From positions 1 through 32,042 of IMG/VR virus record IMGVR_UViG_3300032081_000060: a stretch of 32,042 bases of DNA, one strand, 5' to 3'. The translations under genes were made by a program, and so were the position numbers. Positions 17,901 through 25,403 of this stretch are shown here, piece after piece (within the stretch, counting starts at the first letter, position 1; each line of letters opens with the position of its first letter). The notes under the pieces were generated by a model. The model saw only the letters and a list, made by a program, of their open reading frames with translations. It made no database searches and was not told the origin of the DNA. The stretch is from a virus (lineage: Duplodnaviria; Caudoviricetes).

Positions 17901-19329
17901 TAGCCCTCAAGGCATCTTTACCAATTCCTGTATTGTTAGCACCTGTTGTATTAGTTAATAATGAACCACTGCCAAAAGCAGAATTATTAGATGCTGTCGT
18001 AGTATTTGCTGCTGCACCATCACCAACTGCTGTGTTAAAAGAACCTGTAGTTAAATCAGTAAGCGATTCGCTACCAACAGCAACATTATAGTTACCTGTG
18101 GTAAGTGCATCTAAAGAAATTCTACCTACAGCTACGTTAGCAGAACCTTCAGTATTTGCTGTTAAGGCATTAGCACCTACTGCTACGTTATATTGACCTG
18201 TGGTGTTTGCAGTAAGCGCGGAAGAACCAATCGCTACGTTTGCCCCGCCACTTAACGATCCGTCATCCAGTGCCTGATTACCCAGCGCAACGTTGTTTGC
18301 ACCAACAGGGTAGTTCCCATCCAGCTTAATTGATCCGCTGTCTACTGAAAATTCACCAGCTACGGTAAGCCCGTCTGTGACAGCAGTTCCCGTTACGTCG
18401 ATGCCTGTGGCTGTGGTGGCTAGTTTTTGGTTATTGTTGTGATACAGCTTGACATCATCGTCGTCATTAAAAACGGCAAAAACTTCGTTAAAACCTCTGT
18501 CCGCAAAGATAATCCTGTCATCGGACTCCATGCGAATTTCGCCAGTGGCGTTGCCGTTACGAATTAAGCCATCTGTGCCGTTGCTTAAAATCTCAAGGTC
18601 AGAGCCAGCGCCGAAGATGGCTTTGGCATTGTCAGGCATAGTGATGCCGTTAGTATGGACAGTAGCGGCAGTTGTAGTCAGTACGCCTGTGACAAGCGCA
18701 GTACCTGACACATCAAGGTTGCCATTCAAGTCAACTGTAGTCGCAGCAATTTGAATTTCAGTGTCTGCAACGAGATCTAACTGACCGTCTGCGCTTGAGT
18801 TGATGTAGATCGCTGAGTCGCGGAACTGAATCTTTTGGTCGGTGGTGGTCGTATTGCCAGCCGTTAAAACCTCAGCCAACGTATCCGTCACACCGGGATC
18901 AACAAGCGCCATCGCGTCAACAACTGCGGCACCAGCCCCTGCTCCGTCGAGATAAACAACCGCCGTCTTGCCCGTGGCAATTGTGACGTTCGCGCCTGAG
19001 CCTTGAGAAATTGCAATCGATTGAGAACCAGATGTTGCGTTCTCGATGAACATGACGCGGGAAAGGGTGTTTGGTGCAATCGTTAACGTGCGGGTCGTTG
19101 TCAGACTTACCGCTGAAGTAATCTTGTAATACATTGCTCGCGCTGGGTCTGATACCCCATCGGCAACCGTGGTCGTTGCGTCAGCATCGCTGCCAAAAGC
19201 TTGCTGAGTCGCGTAACCTAACGCCTCGCCGATTAGCTCTAAGTTAGTATTGGTGGTTGTACCCCAAGTACCGGAGCCTTCCCCAGTCGCAAGTTCTGTC
19301 AATCTTAAATCGTTAACGTAGGTTGCCAT
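14929..19329 (-). CDS. Long tail fibre with beta-repeat shaft and C-terminal peptidase S74 intramolecular chaperone
   Basis: N-terminal anchor GEGSGTWGTTTNTNL; dozens of N-x-A-V-G-x-x-A-L-x-x-N-T-T-G repeats; SDERYKKDI...HGFIAQEV...LVKAIQEL. Confidence 0.9.
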   Translation of the reverse strand: MATYVNDLRLTELATGEGSGTWGTTTNTNLELIGEALGYATQQAFGSDADATTTVADGVSDPARAMYYKITSAVSLTTTRTLTIAPNTLSRVMFIENATSGSQSIAISQGSGANVTIATGKTAVVYLDGAGAGAAVVDAMALVDPGVTDTLAEVLTAGNTTTTDQKIQFRDSAIYINSSADGQLDLVADTEIQIAATTVDLNGNLDVSGTALVTGVLTTTAATVHTNGITMPDNAKAIFGAGSDLEILSNGTDGLIRNGNATGEIRMESDDRIIFADRGFNEVFAVFNDDDDVKLYHNNNQKLATTATGIDVTGTAVTDGLTVAGEFSVDSGSIKLDGNYPVGANNVALGNQALDDGSLSGGANVAIGSSALTANTTGQYNVAVGANALTANTEGSANVAVGRISLDALTTGNYNVAVGSESLTDLTTGSFNTAVGDGAAANTTTASNNSAFGSGSLLTNTTGANNTGIGKDALRANTTASNNTAVGYQALADNTTGDENNAFGGGALGNNTTGVDNDAVGYHALFDNTTGSNNVAIGNRALAFNTTASYNTAVGRSALNVNTTGQYNVAVGSLALDANTTASQNTALGYAALSSNITGADNTALGKGALFANTASNNTAVGTGALTANTTGTNHTAVGYHAGLSVTTGIKNTLIGSVSGDALTVGNQNVAVGNGSLSSDTQGSHSVALGDFALRSQNFTSATDAYNTAVGSQAGTSVTTGIHNTLIGGLAGDALTDADNNVAIGRAALTSDTLGSKSVAIGDSALNVQNFTSATDTYNVAVGHAAGAAVTTGVQNTLIGGLAGDALTDADANVAVGYQALTTDTLGSRSVAVGFSALRFQANTSAVETYNVAVGHAAGEAVTTGVQNTIIGGLAGDAVNTASANVAVGYLALSTETKGEQSVAVGWGALQNQNQSSSANAYNTAVGSQAGRYVTTGVQNTLIGGLAGDAITTGSYNSLVGVNAGGAITTGAQNVAFGQGALASNTTGSYNTALGDSSLAANTTAANNTAVGLSALGSNTTGAGNTALGQNALRANTTASNNIAIGYQALYDNTTGTSSVGIGYRALFEHTTGSYNTAVGTSAGLSVTTGIQNTLIGGVAGDALTDADYNVAVGVSALASDTLGSRSVAIGTATLSAQNFTSATDTYNVAVGYSAGNDITTGVQNTIIGGLAADALTTGTHNVALGYAALTTDTQGSASVAIGNEALSTQNFTSATNAYNTAVGDQAGKRVTTGVNNTLIGGLAGEDNTTGHSNTMVGQHAGGDTTTGHSNTFLGFAAANYNVLNTTGLRNVIVGAYSRATAADADGAMVLGYNVAGAAGYTTLGSGTDDIRAAHGNVTWATVSDERYKKDIVDSEAGLSLINALRPRTFNYKNKGELPESFRAYEEGSTEAFKSSQTQHGFIAQEVKAAIDADDSIKDGFKLWDERDDGSQEVAEAALIPVLVKAIQELSAQNAALTARIEALES
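15596..17400. repeat. 216-bp (72-aa) coding repeat array in the tail fibre
   Basis: Related ~45-bp cores (CCxGCAAGACCACCGATGAG...TGAACGCCTGTGGTTAC) at 15596, 15812, 16028 and at 16487, 16703, 16919, 17135, 17351. Confidence 0.85.
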
Positions 19330-19344
19330 TTCAAACCCTCATGC

Positions 19345-20058
19345 TTATGCTGCATCTCTCCCAGCCGCTATGGGCGCGTAACCGGGTGTTTGTGTTGTAT
19401 CAATCTCTGAATATCCTGCGGATTGACTTGTATCAATATCAATATAGTTGGGATCTTGCCCCGGAACTATCTCTCCCCAAACCAAGGGGGTTCCTAAACT
19501 GATTGTAACCGATTGTCCAGTTAAAGAAACTACCGAACCAGCAACAGTTGTCACATCGCCAAGCGCTGAATTGATCTGCTGGCCGGTTAAAAATACATTG
19601 TTAACCGTCCTAACGGTAGCGGTTCCGAGGGCGGAAGTGATCTGCTGGCCGGTTAGCGCTACATTTGCTTCAGCGTCAACGATCAGAGATCCAAGACCAG
19701 ATGTTGTTTGAACGCCTGATGGCTGAACAATCGCCCTTGCGACGATCTGAATTGAACCAACCGCTGAAGTAATCTGCTGACCGGTAGGCGTGACATTTGC
19801 CTCAGCGTCTACGCTTAAAGCGCCAAGCCCACTGGCAATACCTTGCCCGGTAAGTGTGACATTCGCTTCGGCATCGACCGCTGGCGAACCTAGCCCAGAA
19901 TTAATCTGCAAGCCGGTAAGCTGAACCACCGCCCCAGCAACAACGGTCATAGACCCGACCGCCGAAGTTGTTTGCTGGCCCGTTACCGGAACATTAATGT
20001 AAAGAGGGGTTCCCCAAGCACCTAAACCCCAAGTGCCGCGACCCCATCCTTCCTGCAT
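19345..20058 (-). CDS. Tail-associated repeat protein
   Basis: WGRGTWGLGAWG N-terminus and about nine 20-aa repeats V-x-L-T-G-Q-Q-I-T-S-A-L-G; directly upstream of the fibre. Confidence 0.8.
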   Translation of the reverse strand: MQEGWGRGTWGLGAWGTPLYINVPVTGQQTTSAVGSMTVVAGAVVQLTGLQINSGLGSPAVDAEANVTLTGQGIASGLGALSVDAEANVTPTGQQITSAVGSIQIVARAIVQPSGVQTTSGLGSLIVDAEANVALTGQQITSALGTATVRTVNNVFLTGQQINSALGDVTTVAGSVVSLTGQSVTISLGTPLVWGEIVPGQDPNYIDIDTSQSAGYSEIDTTQTPGYAPIAAGRDAA

Positions 20059-20059
20059 G

Positions 20060-20206
20060 TCAGTCGCCTATCAATTGACTCTCGGCATCCTTGAGATGAG
20101 CAACCGCAGTTGTCATGATGTCACGCACAGCGTCCGTCATGAAATCTTGCTCAAGCGAGGCTTCGAGTTTGGCGATGGCCAGTTGTATATCCTGTAAAGC
20201 AGTCAT
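20060..20206 (-). CDS. 48-aa helical hypothetical protein (below the ORF-track cutoff)
   Basis: AGGAG RBS; MTALQDIQLAIAKLEASLEQDFMTDAVRDIMTTAVAHLKDAESQLIGD; stop lies 1 bp before the next ATG. Confidence 0.75.
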   Translation of the reverse strand: MTALQDIQLAIAKLEASLEQDFMTDAVRDIMTTAVAHLKDAESQLIGD

Positions 20207-20228
20207 AACTACTCCTAAGTGAATGCCC

Positions 20229-20257
20229 ATCTTAATCCTTTATGCTGCGCTTGATAA
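20229..20257 (-). promoter_or_regulatory. Possible sigma70-type promoter for the tail/lysis/head operon
   Basis: TTATCA-17 bp-TAAGAT upstream of the 20206 RBS. Confidence 0.3.
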
Positions 20258-21028
20258 GCCTTGATATTTACGATCTAAAATACGCCGAACCTTGGTCCCG
20301 TACATATTCTGACCCTTGTACAAGCTATTGATCTGCTTGGCGATACTGTTTGGAGCAAGACCTCGGGCGCGGAGGCGATGAATCGACTTCAGCACCTTTT
20401 GCTCTTCTGGATGCTCAACCAAGCGCTTGCGCGTCTTGTTACCAATCTTCACAGGTTCGGCAATATATCCGAACGGGACGGATCCACCGATAAAGAATCC
20501 GCGAGCCGCCCAATCGACCTTACCCTCGCCAAATCGATCCTTGATGTTGGCATGCTCAATCTCAGCAACCGCTGATAATACCATCAGCATGATCTTGTTT
20601 GCCATGTCGGACATATCAAACCGCGACTTCAAACCCTTCTCGTCTGCAAATTTAGGGTAAACAATCGGCATATCTCCGAACTGCTCACAGAAAAACAACG
20701 TGATGTTGGTCTCTTGCAGAACCGGAATCATCGATAGTAAATCGGAAGTTGATCGAGACAATCTATCAAGTCGAGTGCAGACAATAACGTCAGATTCGTC
20801 CATCACATCAGTCATGGCGCGAGATCCGGGGCGCTCAAGAATATCGACTGTGCCGCTTACGCCATCGTCAATAAACCACTTATCGACCGGGCGATTGTAT
20901 TTATTCTTAACGAACTCGCTGATCAAAGACTGCTGGGTCTCGATAGAAACGCCAGACTTCGACTGCTCTTTGGTTGATACCCGGCAATAGCCATAAATCA
21001 TGTTGATCTGGGTGATAGGTCTAATCAC
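20240..21028 (-). CDS. Serine recombinase (resolvase/invertase family)
   Basis: YGYCRVST (catalytic Ser), DDGVSG, RLDRLSR, AEIEHANIKDR, GGSVPFGY and a short C-terminal HTH-like region. Confidence 0.9.
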   Translation of the reverse strand: MIRPITQINMIYGYCRVSTKEQSKSGVSIETQQSLISEFVKNKYNRPVDKWFIDDGVSGTVDILERPGSRAMTDVMDESDVIVCTRLDRLSRSTSDLLSMIPVLQETNITLFFCEQFGDMPIVYPKFADEKGLKSRFDMSDMANKIMLMVLSAVAEIEHANIKDRFGEGKVDWAARGFFIGGSVPFGYIAEPVKIGNKTRKRLVEHPEEQKVLKSIHRLRARGLAPNSIAKQINSLYKGQNMYGTKVRRILDRKYQGLSSAA

Positions 21029-21258
21029 TTGATTCCTCCCTTGTAACCGTAGTTAGCCATCTCTTCGTGCAACCGCCTCCAGTCAATATCGAGCGGTTTA
21101 CGACCAAGAGCGCGGTCAGCAAACATGACCCTGCCATCCTTTACCAGCTCGACGGCTCGATACATTTTGGGTACACCGTCATACACAATCTCTATATCAT
21201 GAAGCTTACAGGTGCGGCGGACGCGGTTGTAATACACTTTCTTTTCTTGGGCGCTCAT
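21025..21258 (-). CDS. Hypothetical protein
   Basis: 77 aa, GAGGAG RBS, stop overlaps the recombinase start. Confidence 0.75.
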   Translation of the reverse strand: MSAQEKKVYYNRVRRTCKLHDIEIVYDGVPKMYRAVELVKDGRVMFADRALGRKPLDIDWRRLHEEMANYGYKGGIK

Positions 21259-21307
21259 TTTTACTCCTCGGTTAATATGAACGCATTAGAGCATAGAAAG
21301 AGTCTAT

Positions 21308-21346
21308 GTGCAAACAGTTGCACACAAACACGGCAAGAGGTACAAT
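21308..21346 (+). promoter_or_regulatory. Palindromic operator-like site with an overlapping sigma70-type promoter in a divergent region
   Basis: GTGCAA-ACAG-TTGCAC (21308-21323); TTGCAC-17 bp-TACAAT (21318-21346). Confidence 0.55.
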
Positions 21347-21348
21347 CC

Positions 21349-21510
21349 ATGAGCAAGATCATTATTGAGCTTGATAAAGAAGAAGCAGAAGTTGTTTTGG
21401 AAAACCACGGGCAGATCGTTGATCTACTCGAAAAGATACTAGCGGAGACCAAGAAGAATGGAAAAATACTTCGAGACAATAAGCCGAACAATGTTTCATG
21501 TGAAACATAA
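21349..21510 (+). CDS. Small hypothetical protein (53 aa)
   Basis: MSKIIIELDKEEAEVVLENHGQ..., GAGG RBS; 3' part of ORF 21067..21510. Confidence 0.55.
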   Translation: MSKIIIELDKEEAEVVLENHGQIVDLLEKILAETKKNGKILRDNKPNNVSCET

Positions 21511-21628
21511 GTCTTTGAGTCAACAGAAGAAAGCAGTTAGGCAGGCTATGCGGAGAGAACATAACGCAGGCCCAGAATCAAACTACCTATTCAAACTTTG
21601 GAGAGAAGAAAATGAACGACATGTATGA
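21458..21628 (+). CDS. Small hypothetical protein (56 aa)
   Basis: Hand translation MEKYFETISRTMFHVKHKSLSQQKKAVRQAMRREHNAGPESNYLFKLWREENERHV; GGAG upstream; overlaps both neighbours. Confidence 0.55.
   Translation: MEKYFETISRTMFHVKHKSLSQQKKAVRQAMRREHNAGPESNYLFKLWREENERHV
21492..21507. promoter_or_regulatory. parS-like palindrome, copy 2
   Basis: TGTTTCATGTGAAACA, identical to 4610-4625. Confidence 0.7.
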
Positions 21629-21800
21629 GCTGGAAGAGTACCACCACGATGGCAAGATCGGCGCTTTCATCAAGACCCGGCAGTGCGGAGAAGAACTCTT
21701 TGACGAAGTTATTGAACCACGGATCAGAAAGTTAGAAGACAACGGCGCTTACTTCCACCTATACCGCAAGTGCGGGGATCTGCGGGAGGTTATTCTCTAA
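21612..21800 (+). CDS. Small hypothetical protein (62 aa)
   Basis: GGAG upstream; converges on the stop of the 1201-aa gene. Confidence 0.6.
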   Translation: MNDMYELEEYHHDGKIGAFIKTRQCGEELFDEVIEPRIRKLEDNGAYFHLYRKCGDLREVIL

Positions 21801-24800
21801 AGAACCACATCAGAGGCACTAATCGCCGCTTCTTGCTCTCGTTCTGGCAGTTTATTAAACAACATTTCTGCAAGCTGATAAGCAGGAATGCCAAGCTTCT
21901 GAGCAATGAGCGGCAACATATTCAAACCGCGCTCGTCCATAATCGGGCCTTCCATCGCATATTCTGCAATCGGAGCAATCGTCTCTCCAATACCCTGCAT
22001 GATCTCTTGGCCGACCACTTGGGCCTCTGGGCCAGCATCGTACAAACCACCAACAAAATCAGAAACACCCTCGCGAGTATCTCGAATACTCTCAGCAGTT
22101 GCGGGTACGGGAGATCTAAACCCTCTCAGGTACTCACCAACTCCCGCTGCCCCGCCAAGTATCGCGCCGCCAATTTCGCTCAAAGCTCCTAAGCCTAGCT
22201 GGCCTGCTAGGGATGCTACGCCGGGAGATTCTTTCTTGGGAGCAGCTTTGTAGGCAACGTCATCCGGCATTCTTCTTGATTTTACGCCCAAGCCGCCTGC
22301 TTCTGCGTCTTCTGAAGAAAGAACTGCTGTGGCTCCTAAGCCTGTGATCCCTGCGCCAAGAGCTTTAGGGGACTTGTCATTAAATCCTAGTCCGTCAAGT
22401 CCTTCTGATTTTTTTCTTCCTTTTGAATCTGGAGCTTTATATTTTCTATAGTACGGAAGAGACTGACCCTCCCACTGGCGGAACCTCTCCTGCGCCGGTT
22501 TGAAGCCGTAAAACTCTTGTCTGAGAGCGTCAGGATCTCTAGCTGCCTTTCCATATTGTCCAAGGTAGTCTTGAGTGTCTGCAAGCGACTTGACGTTAAC
22601 GTCAAAATAGGCTGGCGTGGCTGCTTTAACCTGTCCGAACTCTTCCTCAAGATTTCTTCCGAGCGTTTCAAATTGTCCATAAGATCTCTCTACCGTGTCT
22701 TTGTACTCATCTGTAGACATTGTAGCATACTTTTTAGAATCTCCACTAAACTGAGGAATATCTAAAACTCTTAACCCAATAACGCTATTCGCATTTCTCG
22801 GGTCAACGATCATTGTGTAGGCAGGGACATCGTTTTTTATCAAGTAATCGCTGATATCTTGAATCAAGTCTGAGTCAGCACGCTTTGGTCCGTCAAAAAA
22901 TATTTCAGAACCTACCGTGAACATTTCTGGTTTTGATGCGCCTAAATCATCTTTAATCCTTCTCGCAACAAACCATGAGTCTTGGGCATCTTCTGCCGCT
23001 TGAACCGCCGCTAAATCAAGCGTCTCTACTGGTATAAAGTCTCGCTTGCTAACGATATCGATGTCCAAGGCGGTTTCCGGGCTTCCCAAGTAAGCACCGC
23101 TGGTAGGTAGTCCTTTGTAGGTAACCACATCAGGGTCTGTGTTAGCCGGTCTTAAAATGTTCGACATACTCTCAAGCATCTGACCAGAGGACGGCACAAA
23201 ATCTTTACCTTGAGTATCCATGCTTTGTTCTCGGCTAAGACCGAGAAACATTGACTCAACAGGGTCGGCATCAAGCATCTGCTCAAAAGAACCTCCTTCG
23301 CCTGCCTTCGAGGTCCACCCTTTTTTTGTCCAAAGGTCTTTTTCAGCAAACCACTGAAGCGCCTGAACATCCCTTGGCTCAAGCGGGTAAAGAGGACTAT
23401 TAGGATCAAGGAACTGATTAATTTTGTCAGTAGCATCCCTAATAACAGCTTGACCAAAACCAAATTCTAAATTGCTAACAAAATTGTCAGGATCAACGAC
23501 CTTGCCCGTAACGCCTTGTTCCGCAGAAGATGGTATAGGTTTTCTTCCGCTATGCTTCCTAAGGTTTCGCGCAGACCAAACGTCGATAGTTGCCTCTTGG
23601 CTGTCACCAACCAAGTTTCCTGCGAAATTTTTTGCCTTAGGGGCGCTGCCAGCTCTTCTGATTCTAAACTTGTCAGCCAAAGCAACCATGGCGTTGTAAG
23701 AATTAATGCCAAATTGTTTACCGTTTCGCTGCCTAATAATGTTCCTCTGGTCCCGCAGCTCTTCCCCGATTTTTTTAGATTCATTGATCAAGGCTGTGTA
23801 ATTGGGGTCTGCTTTGATATCTTTTACTTTTCGACCAGTTGCTCTTTCGGCTTTTAAAAATGCCTCAGCTTGGTCTTCCAGCGCATAACGAGCGTCAAGG
23901 GAGTCGGCGAAACCCTCCATAAGCTCGTCAAATTCGCCCCGAGCGAAGCCGTCGAGTATGTCTTTCGTGAATCTAAAATTAGTTGCCACAGGTGTGTTAG
24001 GACTGGTAGCGCCAAGCAGATCGCCTACCATTTCAGAAAAAGAACCATACTCGTTACGCAAGCGTCTTTCGACGTTTTTATACCAACCGGCGTTGTTGAT
24101 TACGTTTCTTGCGGCCAAGTCATCGGGGTTCTCAGCCCTTTTAAAATAATCGATAATCTCGTCAGCAACACCATCAGATATTTTCTTAAACTGGGCTGAA
24201 CCCGGCTCAACCTGCTTTCCTGTCTTCGGGTCGATATTGTAAGCATAAGGCATCGCCTTAAACTTTAGCTCAACCTTGTTGTCTTCAGTCAGGTTTGCGC
24301 CAGTGATTTTAGGCTGCGCCCAGTCTGCGTTCGGATGTCTTTTCTTCCAGTCACGAGCGACATTCATTGCCAACTCTGAGTCGCCGCCCAACAAAGATTC
24401 TTCAATTGCGGCCTTTTCTTGAGGTGAAAGAGAAGCCCTCTTCGCCATATTCCTAGTGCCGCGATTAAATTGAGCAGGGGCTTTCTCGGCAAGATCAACC
24501 CCCTCCCTTGCTATTTTTAAACCAAGATCATACATCCCGGCTTCGGCATCTTCGCTTTGAATCATCATGTAAGCGGCAGGAATAGAAATACCGTATTTTT
24601 TGCTGATTTCTATGATCCGAGGGTCAAATACAACGTAATTATTAGAGCGTTTGTCCTTCGGCTTGTGCCGGGTGAATGCGTCAGCGTACTTGATCCCCTT
24701 AACCCCTAAATCTTCCAGCGCCTCAGCCGCATACTCTTGACCGTCCTGCTCAAGCCAACGAACCAGATCAGCGCCGGTAGGGTTCTCGCCCCTAGCGCCT

Positions 24801-25402
24801 GCAATATCGTAAACACCCTCTTCAGCATACGGCCACCAATCAGCGCTCTTGAGCTTGTCCATGACCTTCTTCGGCTGCTCATCGATTAACTCGTCCCACT
24901 CGATAAGCTCATCAGGATCGGCGTCGATGTTGACTTTGTACATGCGGCCAGTAACTTCTCCTGACGGTATTACTTTGCCATCTTGAGTAATTAAGTAACC
25001 AGATCCGTCTGAAAATTCGTACCTTACGTTTCCATTAACATCCGCTGAGGTTTCCACAGCGTCATCAGAAATCGTCTCAATAACGTCATCCAAGGTGGTG
25101 TTGTTAAAGTTTTCGTATCCAGAAAGCCCATACTCTTGCTCATAGCTGTTGGCGATGCTGTCCTCGGGGGCAGGCGTTGTCCCATCCTTTCTGAGCTTAG
25201 TTAAAGAATCTCGGTAACCCCTAGCAACATCCTCAGACTCAGCAAAATACAAGCCCTGACCATAAGCCTGAGCGCCTTCGCCAGTTCCGATAGCTTCGGT
25301 TTTAAACTCATCAAAGTCGTAGGGGGAACCATGGTAAGCCTCGATACCGGCTTTTCGACCGCTGTCAATAATTGCCTTTAAGATTTCGCCCTTAGCGCTC
25401 AT
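21797..25402 (-). CDS. Large polyvalent-type protein: ADP-ribosyltransferase-like domain, HhH-glycosylase-like domain, unknown domain and Gly-rich tail
   Basis: AYHGSPYDFDEF...GQGLYFAE...YKVNI...GVKGIKY...NYVVFD; WY...ATSPNTPV..N...PKAKNFAGNL...TIDVWSAR...PRDVQALQW; hydrophobic Gly-rich C-terminal helices. Confidence 0.7.
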   Translation of the reverse strand: MSAKGEILKAIIDSGRKAGIEAYHGSPYDFDEFKTEAIGTGEGAQAYGQGLYFAESEDVARGYRDSLTKLRKDGTTPAPEDSIANSYEQEYGLSGYENFNNTTLDDVIETISDDAVETSADVNGNVRYEFSDGSGYLITQDGKVIPSGEVTGRMYKVNIDADPDELIEWDELIDEQPKKVMDKLKSADWWPYAEEGVYDIAGARGENPTGADLVRWLEQDGQEYAAEALEDLGVKGIKYADAFTRHKPKDKRSNNYVVFDPRIIEISKKYGISIPAAYMMIQSEDAEAGMYDLGLKIAREGVDLAEKAPAQFNRGTRNMAKRASLSPQEKAAIEESLLGGDSELAMNVARDWKKRHPNADWAQPKITGANLTEDNKVELKFKAMPYAYNIDPKTGKQVEPGSAQFKKISDGVADEIIDYFKRAENPDDLAARNVINNAGWYKNVERRLRNEYGSFSEMVGDLLGATSPNTPVATNFRFTKDILDGFARGEFDELMEGFADSLDARYALEDQAEAFLKAERATGRKVKDIKADPNYTALINESKKIGEELRDQRNIIRQRNGKQFGINSYNAMVALADKFRIRRAGSAPKAKNFAGNLVGDSQEATIDVWSARNLRKHSGRKPIPSSAEQGVTGKVVDPDNFVSNLEFGFGQAVIRDATDKINQFLDPNSPLYPLEPRDVQALQWFAEKDLWTKKGWTSKAGEGGSFEQMLDADPVESMFLGLSREQSMDTQGKDFVPSSGQMLESMSNILRPANTDPDVVTYKGLPTSGAYLGSPETALDIDIVSKRDFIPVETLDLAAVQAAEDAQDSWFVARRIKDDLGASKPEMFTVGSEIFFDGPKRADSDLIQDISDYLIKNDVPAYTMIVDPRNANSVIGLRVLDIPQFSGDSKKYATMSTDEYKDTVERSYGQFETLGRNLEEEFGQVKAATPAYFDVNVKSLADTQDYLGQYGKAARDPDALRQEFYGFKPAQERFRQWEGQSLPYYRKYKAPDSKGRKKSEGLDGLGFNDKSPKALGAGITGLGATAVLSSEDAEAGGLGVKSRRMPDDVAYKAAPKKESPGVASLAGQLGLGALSEIGGAILGGAAGVGEYLRGFRSPVPATAESIRDTREGVSDFVGGLYDAGPEAQVVGQEIMQGIGETIAPIAEYAMEGPIMDERGLNMLPLIAQKLGIPAYQLAEMLFNKLPEREQEAAISASDVVL

Positions 25403-25403
25403 A

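Noticed and set aside
983-19711. Numerous plus-strand ORFs opposite the structural genes
   Set aside because: They are antisense shadows of well-supported minus-strand genes, with no RBS or recognisable motifs.
14929-21028. Invertase-driven tail-fibre switching (Gin/Cin type), suggested by a serine recombinase near the fibre genes
   Set aside because: No inverted alternative fibre cassette and no inverted crossover sites were found by eye; the fibre is a single continuous ORF.
20240-21028. Large serine integrase or IS607-type transposase
   Set aside because: Too short and lacking a zinc ribbon for an integrase; no N-terminal MerR-like HTH and no adjacent tnpB; no att site or host junction visible.
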